Sequence record: PP496998.1
Length of the DNA: 64,000 nt
Source of the DNA: Escherichia phage EC.W14-3
Reading direction: 5' to 3' (one strand)
Shown here: piece after piece, positions 49,826 to 58,423 of the stretch
How the letters are laid out: each line of letters begins with the position of its first letter
How positions within the stretch are numbered: the stretch's first letter is position 1
Made by a program: the position numbers and the translations under genes
The notes under the pieces: model-generated
Told to the model about the DNA's origin: nothing
What the model saw: only the letters and a program-made list of their open reading frames with translations
Databases searched by the model: none

Positions 49826-50072
49826 TGAAACAATCGCACTGATTGACACGCACAATTACGGTGGCGTTACGCTCTCCTTTGATGAGTCAATCGACTACAC
49901 TTATTTGTCCTTTCTAACTAAGGGTGAAATAAAAACTATTAGCTTTCCTGCGGTCTATTTAGTACAGGATTATCTCACTATTGGGAAGTATTTAGCCCAA
50001 CGCGGGATTCTTCTGTCGCTGGAAGAAGTGGAACAGGTTAGCGTAGCATTTTTTGGCGAGGATAGCAACTAG
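49818..50072 (+). CDS. hypothetical protein
   Basis: ATG overlapping upstream stop (track start 49809 is GTG). Confidence 0.4.
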   Translation: MGNETIALIDTHNYGGVTLSFDESIDYTYLSFLTKGEIKTISFPAVYLVQDYLTIGKYLAQRGILLSLEEVEQVSVAFFGEDSN

Positions 50073-50176
50073 TGATTCATGATTATTTTTGGCGTTGCTT
50101 GTTCGTTGTTACAGTGGCGTTATTCGTCGCTGATATGCTTTATTCTTATATTCTCTAACTATAGGTGATTATTATC

Positions 50177-50542
50177 ATGGGTATTATCAAATTTGTAGTA
50201 AAAGTATTCGTGGGCTTCTTCCTTGTCGTTCTCCTGCTGGGTGTGCTCCTATCGGCTATGGGTAGCGTTAAGGCTGCAACATTCTCCCCTGCTACGGTGG
50301 AAGGTTTACAGTGCACCTATTTGATAGAAAATTATGATACCGGTAAAAAGTCACCTAAAGTTATTATTTTGCATGTAAATGATTTCGATCATGTGCAATC
50401 AGATAGTAAAACTATTCTACTGGTAAATGAAACTACTGGTAAACAAATCACGGTCGATCACTTGATGCGCTCATCGTTAACGCTCTTTGATGAGTCCATG
50501 AATGAAATGGCATCCGGTAATGGTCAATGTGTAAATCCATAG
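50177..50542 (+). CDS. membrane protein (N-terminal TM/signal anchor)
   Basis: MGIIKFVVKVFVGFFLVVLLLGVLL; RBS AGGTGA 8 nt before ATG. Confidence 0.5.
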   Translation: MGIIKFVVKVFVGFFLVVLLLGVLLSAMGSVKAATFSPATVEGLQCTYLIENYDTGKKSPKVIILHVNDFDHVQSDSKTILLVNETTGKQITVDHLMRSSLTLFDESMNEMASGNGQCVNP

Positions 50543-50619
50543 GCTTAATCTTTCTCCTGTATTGTGCCGTAGTCATGCCTATGGTCATAATTTATCTGAT
50601 GCTTTAAATCCTTCCTGTA

Positions 50620-50646
50620 AGCCTCCTAGTGAGGCTTTTCTCTTTT
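50620..50646 (+). terminator. rho-independent terminator
   Basis: agcctc-ctagt-gaggct hairpin followed by TTTTCTCTTTT. Confidence 0.65.
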
Positions 50647-50846
50647 ATGAGGTGATTGTATGCCTTACTCCCTTTTAGCTCGTTGTGGTGCGTTACAGGC
50701 CGCTTATTATTGCTTTACAAGCCGTTTTCTATGATGTATCACGCGCCCCCGCTCTTTTACCTCCTGATTTCTTCCGGTGTCCTACCGACAATAAAATAAA
50801 TTCCTTTATAAAACAGTGAGATGAAAAATAATTTGAAAAAAGGGTA

Positions 50847-50874
50847 TTGACATGATTTTCCTTTATAGTAATAT
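50847..50874 (+). promoter_or_regulatory. strong sigma-70 promoter P1 with A-rich UP-like element
   Basis: aaaaaagggtaTTGACA, 16-nt spacer, TAATAT. Confidence 0.65.
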
Positions 50875-51003
50875 GAATCCCGTAGTAAGCAGTAAGTAAC
50901 AACAAGTAGTAAAAACTCCTCGATAGGTGATTAGCATCACGGTAAAAGGCTTCAACGGGGAGCGGTAGGAATACCGACAGTAAGACGCACAATGAAGGTG
51001 CTA

Positions 51004-51016
51004 CGCTCTTTAAAAA
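51004..51016 (+). promoter_or_regulatory. BoxA-like antitermination motif (copy a)
   Basis: CGCTCTTTAAAAA vs rrn BoxA TGCTCTTTAACAA and lambda nutL CGCTCTTAAAAA. Confidence 0.5.
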
Positions 51017-51052
51017 TCAGGCTAGAAAGTGAAAATATTCTTAAAAAGAGTA

Positions 51053-51081
51053 TTGACACCGAAAACAGCCTGATTCATAAT
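51053..51081 (+). promoter_or_regulatory. strong sigma-70 promoter P2
   Basis: aaaaagagtaTTGACA, 17-nt spacer, CATAAT. Confidence 0.7.
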
Positions 51082-51113
51082 AAGCACTCAGTCAGCGATG
51101 ACTTAAAAAATCC

Positions 51114-51126
51114 CGCTCTTTAAAAA
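51114..51126 (+). promoter_or_regulatory. BoxA-like antitermination motif (copy b)
   Basis: CGCTCTTTAAAAA about 35 nt downstream of P2 -10. Confidence 0.5.
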
Positions 51127-51200
51127 CTTATCATCTTGCCTTTTCGCATAGATTCACGCGAGATAAGGGAAAAGAATAAAAGAAGATGATAAAAAAGAGA

Positions 51201-51229
51201 TTGACAAGCTAACACGATGTGTTAAGCTG
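51201..51229 (+). promoter_or_regulatory. sigma-70 promoter P3 (weaker -10)
   Basis: aaaaaagagaTTGACA, 16-17-nt spacer, TAAGCT. Confidence 0.45.
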
Positions 51230-51241
51230 TAAATGCTACAC

Positions 51242-51254
51242 CGCTCTTTAACAA
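51242..51254 (+). promoter_or_regulatory. BoxA-like antitermination motif (copy c, best match)
   Basis: CGCTCTTTAACAA = rrn BoxA with first T replaced by C; followed by hairpin TTAAGC-atcacc-GCTTAA. Confidence 0.55.
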
Positions 51255-51355
51255 TATGAATCATAAGTTAAGCATCACCGCTTAATCTTCAATCAAATAA
51301 AGCTGATTGATATATCCTCCCAATAGCGGGAACGACGAAAAAGATTAAAAAGTGG

Positions 51356-51384
51356 TTGACAGCGAAAACAACATGATTCATAAT
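51356..51384 (+). promoter_or_regulatory. strong sigma-70 promoter P4
   Basis: aaaaagtggTTGACA, 17-nt spacer, CATAAT. Confidence 0.7.
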
Positions 51385-51474
51385 GAGCACTCACTAAGCA
51401 AATCACCGCTTCAGTGAAAAGCGTAACAACGGCTAACAGTTGCATAGTGTGAGAAAGCACACTGATAGATTTAC

Positions 51475-51487
51475 CGCTCTTTAATAA
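51475..51487 (+). promoter_or_regulatory. BoxA-like antitermination motif (copy d)
   Basis: CGCTCTTTAATAA about 90 nt downstream of P4. Confidence 0.5.
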
Positions 51488-51489
51488 TT

Positions 51490-52305
51490 TAAACATTCTC
51501 CTATATCGGTTGAATATGTTAGATGATAATAACCATCGGATAACATACCAGATAAAACGGTGTAAGATTCTCTAAACTATCAGAGAAAACAATCTTATAA
51601 TCCCTTGCTGGAAACGTCACCACTGATAAACGGATTCATTGAGTGTACGCAAAGATTTAAGCTAATCGCCCACGGTTAAGGGTAGCGGCGGTCATCGCTA
51701 ACAAGGCGCTACAGTGAAAGAAGTTAATCAGGGTAGGCAAGCCCGAAGAATTAACGCTCAATTGAGAGCGGCGGGGAGTGGTTAAAAAGTGGCAAATTGC
51801 TATTTAACAATAAGGTTTAGTGTGAACGTTTACGATGTGAATGATTTGAGGCCACTATTGATGGCGTACATAGTCAGTTTATGTAGTAAACTTGCCGAAA
51901 GATATAAAACGTCAGAACATTAGACGGTCAATGACTCTTTCACAATAGCATCCCGTTGTGGGCGATGGCTAGTGATTGAGAGTTGATACAAAAGGATAGG
52001 CGAGAGCGAAAGCAAAGTAGACGATATTGCCGACGGTTACAATAAACGTAACTAATTAGAGTCGGACGCACTGCCTTATTGTGATGATTGATCATCGCTA
52101 TCAGGTCGGCTTCGTTTATAGCGACTAATTAAAGATACCAGATGAAACATCACGGATAAGGGGGCGGCAAGGTTAACTCCTGATAAGACCGCCCCGCTTA
52201 CCTATAACTACTTAACAACGAGTGGTTATAGTTAAGTTAATAGTGACTTAAACAAGCTCATAGAGAGCGGGGCAATAGCGCCCTTACAAGTGAAAGGTGA
52301 ATATC
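51490..52305 (+). other. ORF-free transcribed leader / candidate structured non-coding RNA
   Basis: about 0.8 kb with stops in all frames (longest ORF about 20 codons), repeated CACGGnTAAGGG and GAGCGGCGGGGAG blocks, hairpin agggggcgg...ccgcccc. Confidence 0.4.
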
Positions 52306-53205
52306 ATGGCTAAAATCTTTACTCTGGTTAACGAATCCGGTTTTAATGCTCTGGCTAACAACATTCGCAGTAATAACGCGGCGATCAAACAAGATGTTTC
52401 TAACTTCCTGTTAGGGCACTTACAGCACTTCCGCAGTAATGGTAAGAAGCTGGACGTATTGCAGTCGGCGGTTGACTTTCTGTTAACTGAACGTTTCCGT
52501 GATATGGATGTTATTGCCACTGCAATTACTTTCTTAACTCCTATCAAGTTTAACACCGATGCGGCAAATGGTCGTAAAAAGTGGATTAATCTGGAAGGTG
52601 AGGCGAAAGCTAAAGAAGACGCGAAAGAAGCGCAAATTAAAACCAAAATGGAACAAAACCGCGCTCGCTGGTCAAATGCTTTCGAGAATTTTGCTTTAGG
52701 CCGTGAAATTGAAGTTGATAATCCTAACTTTTACAAGGGTTGCAATGACAACGTGGCGGCACACCTGCAAATCCCGGCGAAAAACAAGGAAGATTTTAAT
52801 CAGGATATTTACGCTTTAGTTGAACGCTTGAATGCAATCCGTATTGAAGCCAAATTATTGGCTGATGAGCGCAATGGTGCTACCAGCGATAACACTATCG
52901 CCTTAAGTGAAGAAGTGGGCAAAGTTAAGAAGTCATTCGACTCGCTCATCAAGAAAGTCACGGCCTCAACGGTAGCGATCTCTGATAACTACCTGATGAA
53001 CGCATCAAGCAAGGAATTAGAATCACTCGATTCATACGCTGATGAAATGGAAAAGACTGTTGCAGCTATGCAGGAGAAGTTAGAAAGTCTGCGCGGTCGT
53101 ATCTCTTCAACGGTTGCTACCCGTACCGAACAAGCTGCGAAAGCAGAAGAGGAAGAAGTATTGCGTAAAGCGGCTGAAATTATGGCGGCACGTCAAGCGG
53201 CATAA
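52306..53205 (+). CDS. hypothetical protein (first gene after promoter/BoxA array)
   Basis: 299 aa from ATG 52306 with GGTG RBS; host-like codon usage; helical, Ala/Lys/Glu-rich C-terminus. Confidence 0.55.
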   Translation: MAKIFTLVNESGFNALANNIRSNNAAIKQDVSNFLLGHLQHFRSNGKKLDVLQSAVDFLLTERFRDMDVIATAITFLTPIKFNTDAANGRKKWINLEGEAKAKEDAKEAQIKTKMEQNRARWSNAFENFALGREIEVDNPNFYKGCNDNVAAHLQIPAKNKEDFNQDIYALVERLNAIRIEAKLLADERNGATSDNTIALSEEVGKVKKSFDSLIKKVTASTVAISDNYLMNASSKELESLDSYADEMEKTVAAMQEKLESLRGRISSTVATRTEQAAKAEEEEVLRKAAEIMAARQAA

Positions 53206-53229
53206 GTAAGACAATTTAAATAAACATAA

Positions 53230-53262
53230 GGTGCTATCTTAACGGGTAGCGCCTTTTCTTTT
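53230..53262 (+). terminator. rho-independent terminator
   Basis: ggtgctatc-ttaacg-ggtagcgcc hairpin followed by TTTTCTTTTAT. Confidence 0.6.
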
Positions 53263-53307
53263 ATCAGTGCATTGATTCAGTGCATTAATCAAAGAATTTA
53301 ATCAAAG

Positions 53308-53535
53308 GTGATGATCATGTTAATTACGCATACCACGATTTATAGGAATCTTGTCAACGGTCAACATTACCGCCTATCTAAAAAATATGGCGTTGAATGT
53401 AAATGTATTATTACCGGTGAATGGTATCCGTCACCAATGAAGATTGAAACATTGGAACGTGAAGCGATCAGCTATATTATCACGCAAGAAACAACGTTAG
53501 GCCGTATCTTAAGAAAGTTGGGATTGAGAAAATGA
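53308..53535 (+). CDS. hypothetical protein
   Basis: 75 aa ORF. Confidence 0.4.
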   Translation: MMIMLITHTTIYRNLVNGQHYRLSKKYGVECKCIITGEWYPSPMKIETLEREAISYIITQETTLGRILRKLGLRK

Positions 53536-53756
53536 TATTCAGTAATAATTTTGGCAAGTGTCCTATTTGTGAGAAACATCGCAGCACGGGAAACCATCGC
53601 AAATGTAGTAAGATATTACAGCGCCAACGTGATAACAACCATTGGGATACTGTACACGCTAATCAGCGTAAAGAAGAAGTTAAAGAAATGGCTGTTAAAG
53701 CATCCTTTGCCCAATCCACCCGTATTGAACACATCCAAAGGTATCAAGCATTATGA
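53532..53756 (+). CDS. small zinc-binding protein
   Basis: CPICEKHRSTGNHRKC motif; start overlaps upstream stop. Confidence 0.4.
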   Translation: MIFSNNFGKCPICEKHRSTGNHRKCSKILQRQRDNNHWDTVHANQRKEEVKEMAVKASFAQSTRIEHIQRYQAL

Positions 53757-53962
53757 TCACTAATATTTCAGAGTTTAAGAAAGCGCCTTCTCGTCTGTTA
53801 GGTCGTCGTGTTGTGTATCTTTATAGCAATAAAGGTAAAGCTACAACTGGACGAATTACAACAGTAAGTAGTGTTACTAAAGGTTTGCTCAAGTTATGTG
53901 TAGCTATGGACGATGGTACAATCCTGCTACGCAGTTGGAAGTCATTTAGTTTACTCGATTAA
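53753..53962 (+). CDS. hypothetical protein
   Basis: 69 aa ORF, overlapping start. Confidence 0.4.
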   Translation: MITNISEFKKAPSRLLGRRVVYLYSNKGKATTGRITTVSSVTKGLLKLCVAMDDGTILLRSWKSFSLLD

Positions 53963-54031
53963 GTTATTTGTTCAAGCCTGTCACCTTGATGGGCTTGCCC
54001 GATATAATTTATCACTAAAAGGAATAAGGTT

Positions 54032-54475
54032 GTGGCTAAATCTAAAATCAGCATGAAGGGCGGGCGTTGTTTTTCTATATCTGAACTGGAGAAAGAGAAT
54101 CCAAAGGCAACCAATCACGTCAGCAAGCGTAGTTTAAAACGTCGTGCTGCAAAGGCTGAAGCTGAATCCCATATCCCTTCTAGTGTGGCAAAACGTGTAG
54201 GCCATCGTGTCCATCGTGCTGATGCGTTATTGTTAGCCGATCATAAACGTTCTTTGTTAAAGAGCGGGGGAGCAAAAACAGAAGAGGAGAAGAAGTTAGA
54301 AATCTTCTGTAATGGTCGCACCCGTGGTAAACAGAAGTTTAAGGGTAGCACGAAAGACCCGCAGGCTTTTCCTAAGACAAGCCAGTGCGCACCTGATGTT
54401 TTCTACGCAGACAGTAAACACAAGTGGGGCGTTGAAAAATACATTGATCCCATCAAAGAGGCGAGGGTAAAATGA
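54032..54475 (+). CDS. basic protein (possible nucleic-acid binding)
   Basis: 147 aa, Lys/Arg-rich; GTG start after AAGG RBS. Confidence 0.45.
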   Translation: MAKSKISMKGGRCFSISELEKENPKATNHVSKRSLKRRAAKAEAESHIPSSVAKRVGHRVHRADALLLADHKRSLLKSGGAKTEEEKKLEIFCNGRTRGKQKFKGSTKDPQAFPKTSQCAPDVFYADSKHKWGVEKYIDPIKEARVK

Positions 54476-54645
54476 TTTATTCAGAGATTCTAAATAAAGT
54501 CAGAGAGATGCGGCAAGGTGATGCAGTAGTTGATGTTCTGGTCCATCTGGTAGCATCCTTGCAAGAAGAAAACGAATTGGTTAAACAAGAAAACAAGGCA
54601 TTAAGGAAGGCAATAAGTAACCTCTCCAATAGCCTCTCTTTTTAG
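54472..54645 (+). CDS. small coiled-coil protein (57 aa)
   Basis: ATGA overlap with upstream stop; not in track. Confidence 0.3.
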   Translation: MIYSEILNKVREMRQGDAVVDVLVHLVASLQEENELVKQENKALRKAISNLSNSLSF

Positions 54646-54670
54646 TACTATGACGCTCTTTCTGTCGCGT
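54644..54670 (+). promoter_or_regulatory. conserved intergenic motif TTTTAGTACTATGACGCTCTTTCTGT (copy 1)
   Basis: near-identical copy at 61258-61283; contains BoxA-like CGCTCTTTC. Confidence 0.35.
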
Positions 54671-54701
54671 CGTGCCCTCTCCCCATTTGAAGCTTCCGCA
54701 T

Positions 54702-54725
54702 AGCCGCCTTTGAGCGGCTTTTTGC
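54702..54725 (+). terminator. rho-independent terminator
   Basis: agccgc-ctttga-gcggct hairpin followed by TTTTTG. Confidence 0.55.
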
Positions 54726-54786
54726 GTTGCTGTAAGTGCATTTGCGAGTGTATTTATAGCAACGGTCATGTGTTGCTTTCAGGTTT

Positions 54787-54812
54787 GCCCCGGCTACGGC
54801 TGGGGCTTTTTT
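54787..54812 (+). terminator. rho-independent terminator
   Basis: gccccggc-TACG-gctggggc hairpin followed by TTTTTTAT. Confidence 0.75.
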
Positions 54813-54861
54813 ATGCCCGTAAAACAGGAGGTATCAAGTTCTGATAACAACGGCACAGCTA

Positions 54862-55251
54862 ATGTTGACATTGACTATTTATTATGAGGCAGGGAATCAG
54901 CCAACCGCATGTAAGGCTTTAGTTGCGGATACCGTGATAAATAGAATGGCCCAACGAAAACTGACCGCTGAACAGGTGATAAGACAAAAGAACCAGTTTG
55001 AGTGGATTCCGGTACTATTAAAACAGGAGAAACCTTATAAACGTTATGTAAAGCTGATTCGTGATAAAAATCCGATGACTAAGCAAGCCATTGGAGAAAG
55101 CGAGCGGCTGGCTAAACGTGCCCTTAAGAAGAATTATGTTCCGCTGTACAGTGGGACTTACTTTCAGAGTAAGAGCGAAGGGGTGCCAAAATGGTATGCC
55201 AATCCTATGTATTGTGGTGATTTAGTATTTGATAATAGCTCTAGGGAATAA
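54862..55251 (+). CDS. SleB-like cell wall hydrolase (Hydrolase_2 family), tentative
   Basis: IYYEAGNQP..CKALVADTVINR resembles SleB catalytic block YAEARGE...AVA.VV.NR. Confidence 0.45.
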   Translation: MLTLTIYYEAGNQPTACKALVADTVINRMAQRKLTAEQVIRQKNQFEWIPVLLKQEKPYKRYVKLIRDKNPMTKQAIGESERLAKRALKKNYVPLYSGTYFQSKSEGVPKWYANPMYCGDLVFDNSSRE

Positions 55252-55450
55252 TCACTAGTGCCAGATTTGACAAACTAAATTCCTTTATAAACCAACCACT
55301 TAGTAAATTTATTGAAAAAGATGGTAGTATTCTGGGACTATGGGTAATGCTCTGTATATAGACCCTTTGAAAATTTCTTAGAAAATAAGTTTACTAAATA
55401 TAACTTACTTAAATAATATTACTTTTAATCTCTGATAAAGGGTAAATAAT

Positions 55451-55747
55451 ATGACTTTAGAAGTATATAAATTCCTTTTTGTAAGCTGTTTAACTATCAG
55501 CGTTCTAGGATTTATTGTTCTAAGAAACAAAGCAGCAAGCTGGGAAAGAATGTATAAATCCCTAGTCCGAGTGGATGAGATGTATAATGAGAAGGTTAAA
55601 GTAACACTCAACGATCTTATTATGCAAGTTGAGGACAGAAACAAGCGTCTTCAGAACCTCAATCACGAAGTGTTACGCCTTGCTCGTGCTAATGAAGACT
55701 TGCGAATAGCTATTGCTAAGCAGCAGGAGATTAACAGTGATAATTGA
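55451..55747 (+). CDS. membrane-anchored coiled-coil protein
   Basis: N-terminal TM FLFVSCLTISVLGFIVL then heptad-like charged region. Confidence 0.45.
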   Translation: MTLEVYKFLFVSCLTISVLGFIVLRNKAASWERMYKSLVRVDEMYNEKVKVTLNDLIMQVEDRNKRLQNLNHEVLRLARANEDLRIAIAKQQEINSDN

Positions 55748-55748
55748 T

Positions 55749-55973
55749 ATGAACAACGCCCCAAAGGTTTTAACTCTTGGGGATTTAGAATCAGGTGATG
55801 TATTCCAGTTCCCTCTGGATGGGGAGAATTACTATATGTTATCTAGTCAGAAGTTTGGGACAACAGACAAGAGAAGTTATATCAATCTTTCCTGTGGCGT
55901 TATTGCAACGGATGAAGGTAATACAGTCATCAAGAAGGTCAGCAATGCTCGGCTTACCAATAAGGTGGATTAA
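55749..55973 (+). CDS. small protein, paralog family C
   Basis: LTLGDLESGDVF...YYM...NLSCG motif set; internal ATG of track ORF 55713-55973. Confidence 0.45.
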   Translation: MNNAPKVLTLGDLESGDVFQFPLDGENYYMLSSQKFGTTDKRSYINLSCGVIATDEGNTVIKKVSNARLTNKVD

Positions 55974-55975
55974 CA

Positions 55976-56212
55976 GTGAAAGTTAATATTAAATCCGATC
56001 GTACAATGCTTCGCTTAAACAACATGAAGCCGGGCGTTCTATTTGAGCGTAAAGAATCCCTTTACATTAGAACCGACACATTGTACGCAGACAATTATGT
56101 CAACTGTGTTGATGTGGTAACTGGAAAGCTCATTCCTTTTAAACGGGATGAAGTCTGCCAAGTACGCAGCGATCTCCACATAACTAACATAGAGGCTAAA
56201 GATGAAGATTGA
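55976..56212 (+). CDS. small protein, paralog family C
   Basis: GTG start; MKPGVLF...LYIRTD...NCVDVVTG. Confidence 0.4.
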   Translation: MKVNIKSDRTMLRLNNMKPGVLFERKESLYIRTDTLYADNYVNCVDVVTGKLIPFKRDEVCQVRSDLHITNIEAKDED

Positions 56213-56459
56213 TTTGAAGGTAAATGAACCATCTTTGTGTGTTGGTGATCTCAAACTTGGAGATGTATTCCAAATCAGGGAAACACGAGCAGATTTCTAC
56301 ATGGTTGTTCAGCTATTTACCTCACAGATTGAAGAGACCAAGCCTTCTGATGGGGGTTGTGTCGTCCTTAGTCTGACAAATAAGCAAGTCCTTAAGCTTA
56401 GCTCGAAAAGCAAGGTTGTTCTTCTTCATGATGTTGTTATTACTAACAAGGGCAAGTAG
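56202..56459 (+). CDS. small protein, paralog family C
   Basis: VGDLKLGDVFQ...FYMV...GGCVVLSLTN. Confidence 0.45.
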   Translation: MKIDLKVNEPSLCVGDLKLGDVFQIRETRADFYMVVQLFTSQIEETKPSDGGCVVLSLTNKQVLKLSSKSKVVLLHDVVITNKGK

Positions 56460-56678
56460 ATGGAAATTAAAGTAGTTGATTATCCTAAATATGCAAATGC
56501 AGAAGATGTTAAAGGTGGTGATGTTTTCTCTTACGACAGACGTTTCTGGCTGATGTTAGAAGATAAAACTCCCGATGGTTTATGTAAGGCCGCCAATCTG
56601 AACAGCGGTTCTGTTGAAGTCTTCGGTCTATCAACCACTGTTATGCCACGCCCTGATCTGTGTTTATCCCAAAAGTAA
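56460..56678 (+). CDS. small protein, paralog family C
   Basis: VKGGDVFS...FWLML...CKAANLNSG. Confidence 0.45.
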   Translation: MEIKVVDYPKYANAEDVKGGDVFSYDRRFWLMLEDKTPDGLCKAANLNSGSVEVFGLSTTVMPRPDLCLSQK

Positions 56679-56684
56679 CATCGA

Positions 56685-56800
56685 CTTATAGCCCTTGTGT
56701 TTATCAGAGGGCTATGTGAGGGTGTTCCTCATTAACTTATTAATTCAGGCATATGCCACACCGCTAGGGAGAGCTTGCTCGAACATCCGGTGTTAGACTA
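56685..56800 (+). repeat. conserved non-coding element, copy 1 (hairpin plus GCTAGGGAGAG block)
   Basis: TATAGCCCT...AGGGCTATGTGAG hairpin, GCTAGGGAGAG, AACATCCG shared with 61827-61950. Confidence 0.5.
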
Positions 56801-57036
56801 AAACCTGTTCAATTTCGGTAGACTTTCCACTACGTAGGGGTACGTATTGGTTTGGGATTCAGGAGATCTCCTAGGGGTAGGAGGTCTTCACCAGTTGGGA
56901 TAAGAGATAGCTCTAGAACCTGAACTCTTAGGCAGAGAGGGTCGGCAATGAGTACGAGGTCAGAATTAGCCTCCTGACTAGGGCTATCCCTTATATCAAC
57001 TGGCAATAATGCCTCCACTAATAAAGAGAGAACGTT

Positions 57037-57177
57037 ATGAAGAAGTCAACCAAGAGTATGAACCGTCCTGAGCGTATGGATGCAGTAGCAAATGGTGCAC
57101 TGAAGATCGAGTCTGCCATGCTGCGTCTGATGGGTAACATCCGTAAGCGTCAAGGTGGTTGGGTTTACAATAACTGA
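57037..57177 (+). CDS. small basic protein (46 aa), probably highly expressed
   Basis: host-optimal codons; MKKSTKSMNRPER...; not in track (short). Confidence 0.35.
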   Translation: MKKSTKSMNRPERMDAVANGALKIESAMLRLMGNIRKRQGGWVYNN

Positions 57178-57299
57178 TTTAATAAAAGGCTGCCTAGAAA
57201 TAGGTGGCCTTTGTTGTTTTAATTAAGGGTCAACTCTTACTTAAACTAACAACGGGTGTATGGTATTGACAGGCATCGGCACGGAACTTGTTACCAACA

Positions 57300-57370
57300 A
57301 GGTTGGCGAATCAAGACCTCTGTGAAGCTCCGAAGAAATCAAGGCAGGTTCGACTCCTGCTCCCCGACCA
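57300..57370 (+). pseudogene. tRNA-like 3' fragment (T-arm plus acceptor-like end)
   Basis: GCAGG-TTCGACT-CCTGC T-arm then TCCCCGA-CCA; no matching 5' acceptor strand found. Confidence 0.25.
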
Positions 57371-57390
57371 AATCAGCAAGAGGTGCTTAT

Positions 57391-57744
57391 ATGAGAAGCA
57401 TGGTTAAAGATTGGGTAACTAAATCAGGTCTTCGTGCTGTGATTATGCACATGAACGACTCCCACTTTTGTGGATATGTAGAGCTACCAGACAGCTTAAA
57501 ACATAAAAACTTCACCGGATATAACGGGAATGAAGAAGTTTGTTATGTAAGTGTTCATGGTGGTGTCACATGGCAAGATACCCTTGAAGAGATGGATGGT
57601 TTAGATACAATCGGATTTGATTGTGCCCATGCAGGTGATAAGACACGGTTCAACCCTAACGGGGTTCCAAGAACAGAAACGTTCTGCATCAACGAATGCG
57701 AACAAATGGCTGAACAACTAAGAGATCTCGAATCAAATGTCTAA
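57391..57744 (+). CDS. hypothetical protein
   Basis: internal ATG after GAGG RBS; track N-terminal extension would span the tRNA-like element. Confidence 0.45.
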   Translation: MRSMVKDWVTKSGLRAVIMHMNDSHFCGYVELPDSLKHKNFTGYNGNEEVCYVSVHGGVTWQDTLEEMDGLDTIGFDCAHAGDKTRFNPNGVPRTETFCINECEQMAEQLRDLESNV

Positions 57745-57913
57745 GCAAACAATCAAACATACGCAAGCTGGTTACTCTTATATCAACTCTCCTTGTTGTG
57801 GTGCTCGTGTGAATCTGGTTAAGGAAGAGGTTCGTATCGTTCAGCGTGGCGCTACTGTTGTTCGTTCATGCTGTGTCTGTGGTAATGACATTTTTATCAA
57901 AGGTAAAGTATGA
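57737..57913 (+). CDS. small Cys-rich protein (58 aa)
   Basis: SPCCGARV...SCCVCGND; overlapping starts both sides; not in track. Confidence 0.35.
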   Translation: MSKQTIKHTQAGYSYINSPCCGARVNLVKEEVRIVQRGATVVRSCCVCGNDIFIKGKV

Positions 57914-58161
57914 AAAACTTCCAAGCTGCACCAATAACTAAAGTGATCGAAGTTGACGGTGTAATGATGACTGTTCCTCTGAACACTCGTTACATTGCAA
58001 TTGACAAGATGGGCTATGTATGGGCTTGGAAGATCAAGCCTAGTTATAACGCACTGTTTGATGAGTTTGTTTGTACTGGTACTTACAGTCCTACATTCTT
58101 GGGTTTATTTGGAGAGTTTGATGGTAAGCATAAAATCATCACTCTCCCTGCTTGTGCTTGA
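57910..58161 (+). CDS. hypothetical protein
   Basis: 83 aa ORF, ATGA overlap with upstream stop. Confidence 0.45.
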   Translation: MKNFQAAPITKVIEVDGVMMTVPLNTRYIAIDKMGYVWAWKIKPSYNALFDEFVCTGTYSPTFLGLFGEFDGKHKIITLPACA

Positions 58162-58168
58162 GGTTATT

Positions 58169-58333
58169 ATGTTCAAGTGGTTTAAACGTTTCTTCCATCT
58201 CCATGATTGGGAGACAATAAAAGAAATTCGTTTACACATATATAATGAGATTGGTCAAATAGAAGACACAGGTACTCGTTATATACTTCGATGTAAAACA
58301 TGTGGTCATATCACCAAGCGAGATATGATCTAA
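58169..58333 (+). CDS. small zinc-ribbon protein (54 aa)
   Basis: RCKTCGH; RBS GAGG; C-terminal part of track ORF 57995-58333. Confidence 0.4.
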   Translation: MFKWFKRFFHLHDWETIKEIRLHIYNEIGQIEDTGTRYILRCKTCGHITKRDMI

Positions 58334-58341
58334 ATAATTCT

Positions 58342-58417
58342 GCGCTCTTAGCTCAATGGATAGAGCAGTAGCCTTCTAAGCTATTGGTTACAGGTTCGAG
58401 TCCTGTAGGGCGCACCA
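58342..58417 (+). tRNA. tRNA-Arg (anticodon UCU)
   Basis: 76 nt cloverleaf: 7-bp acceptor GCGCTCT/AGGGCGC, D-arm GCTC-AATGGATA-GAGC, anticodon loop CTTCTAA, T-arm ACAGG-TTCGAGT-CCTGT, encoded CCA. Confidence 0.9.
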
Positions 58418-58423
58418 CATTTA

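Noticed and set aside
50729-51496. Minus-strand track ORFs 50729-50992 and 51293-51496 across the promoter array
   Set aside because: They run antisense through the consensus promoters and BoxA motifs, with no RBS; treated as spurious.
47440-52300. CRISPR array in the repeat-rich non-coding regions
   Set aside because: Repeats are short (5-13 nt), irregularly spaced and not separated by uniform spacers; no cas genes.
58342-58417. tRNA as a prophage integration site or prophage boundary
   Set aside because: No integrase, excisionase or direct repeats flank the tRNA; surrounding genes are phage accessory ORFs on the same strand, consistent with a phage-encoded tRNA in a lytic genome.
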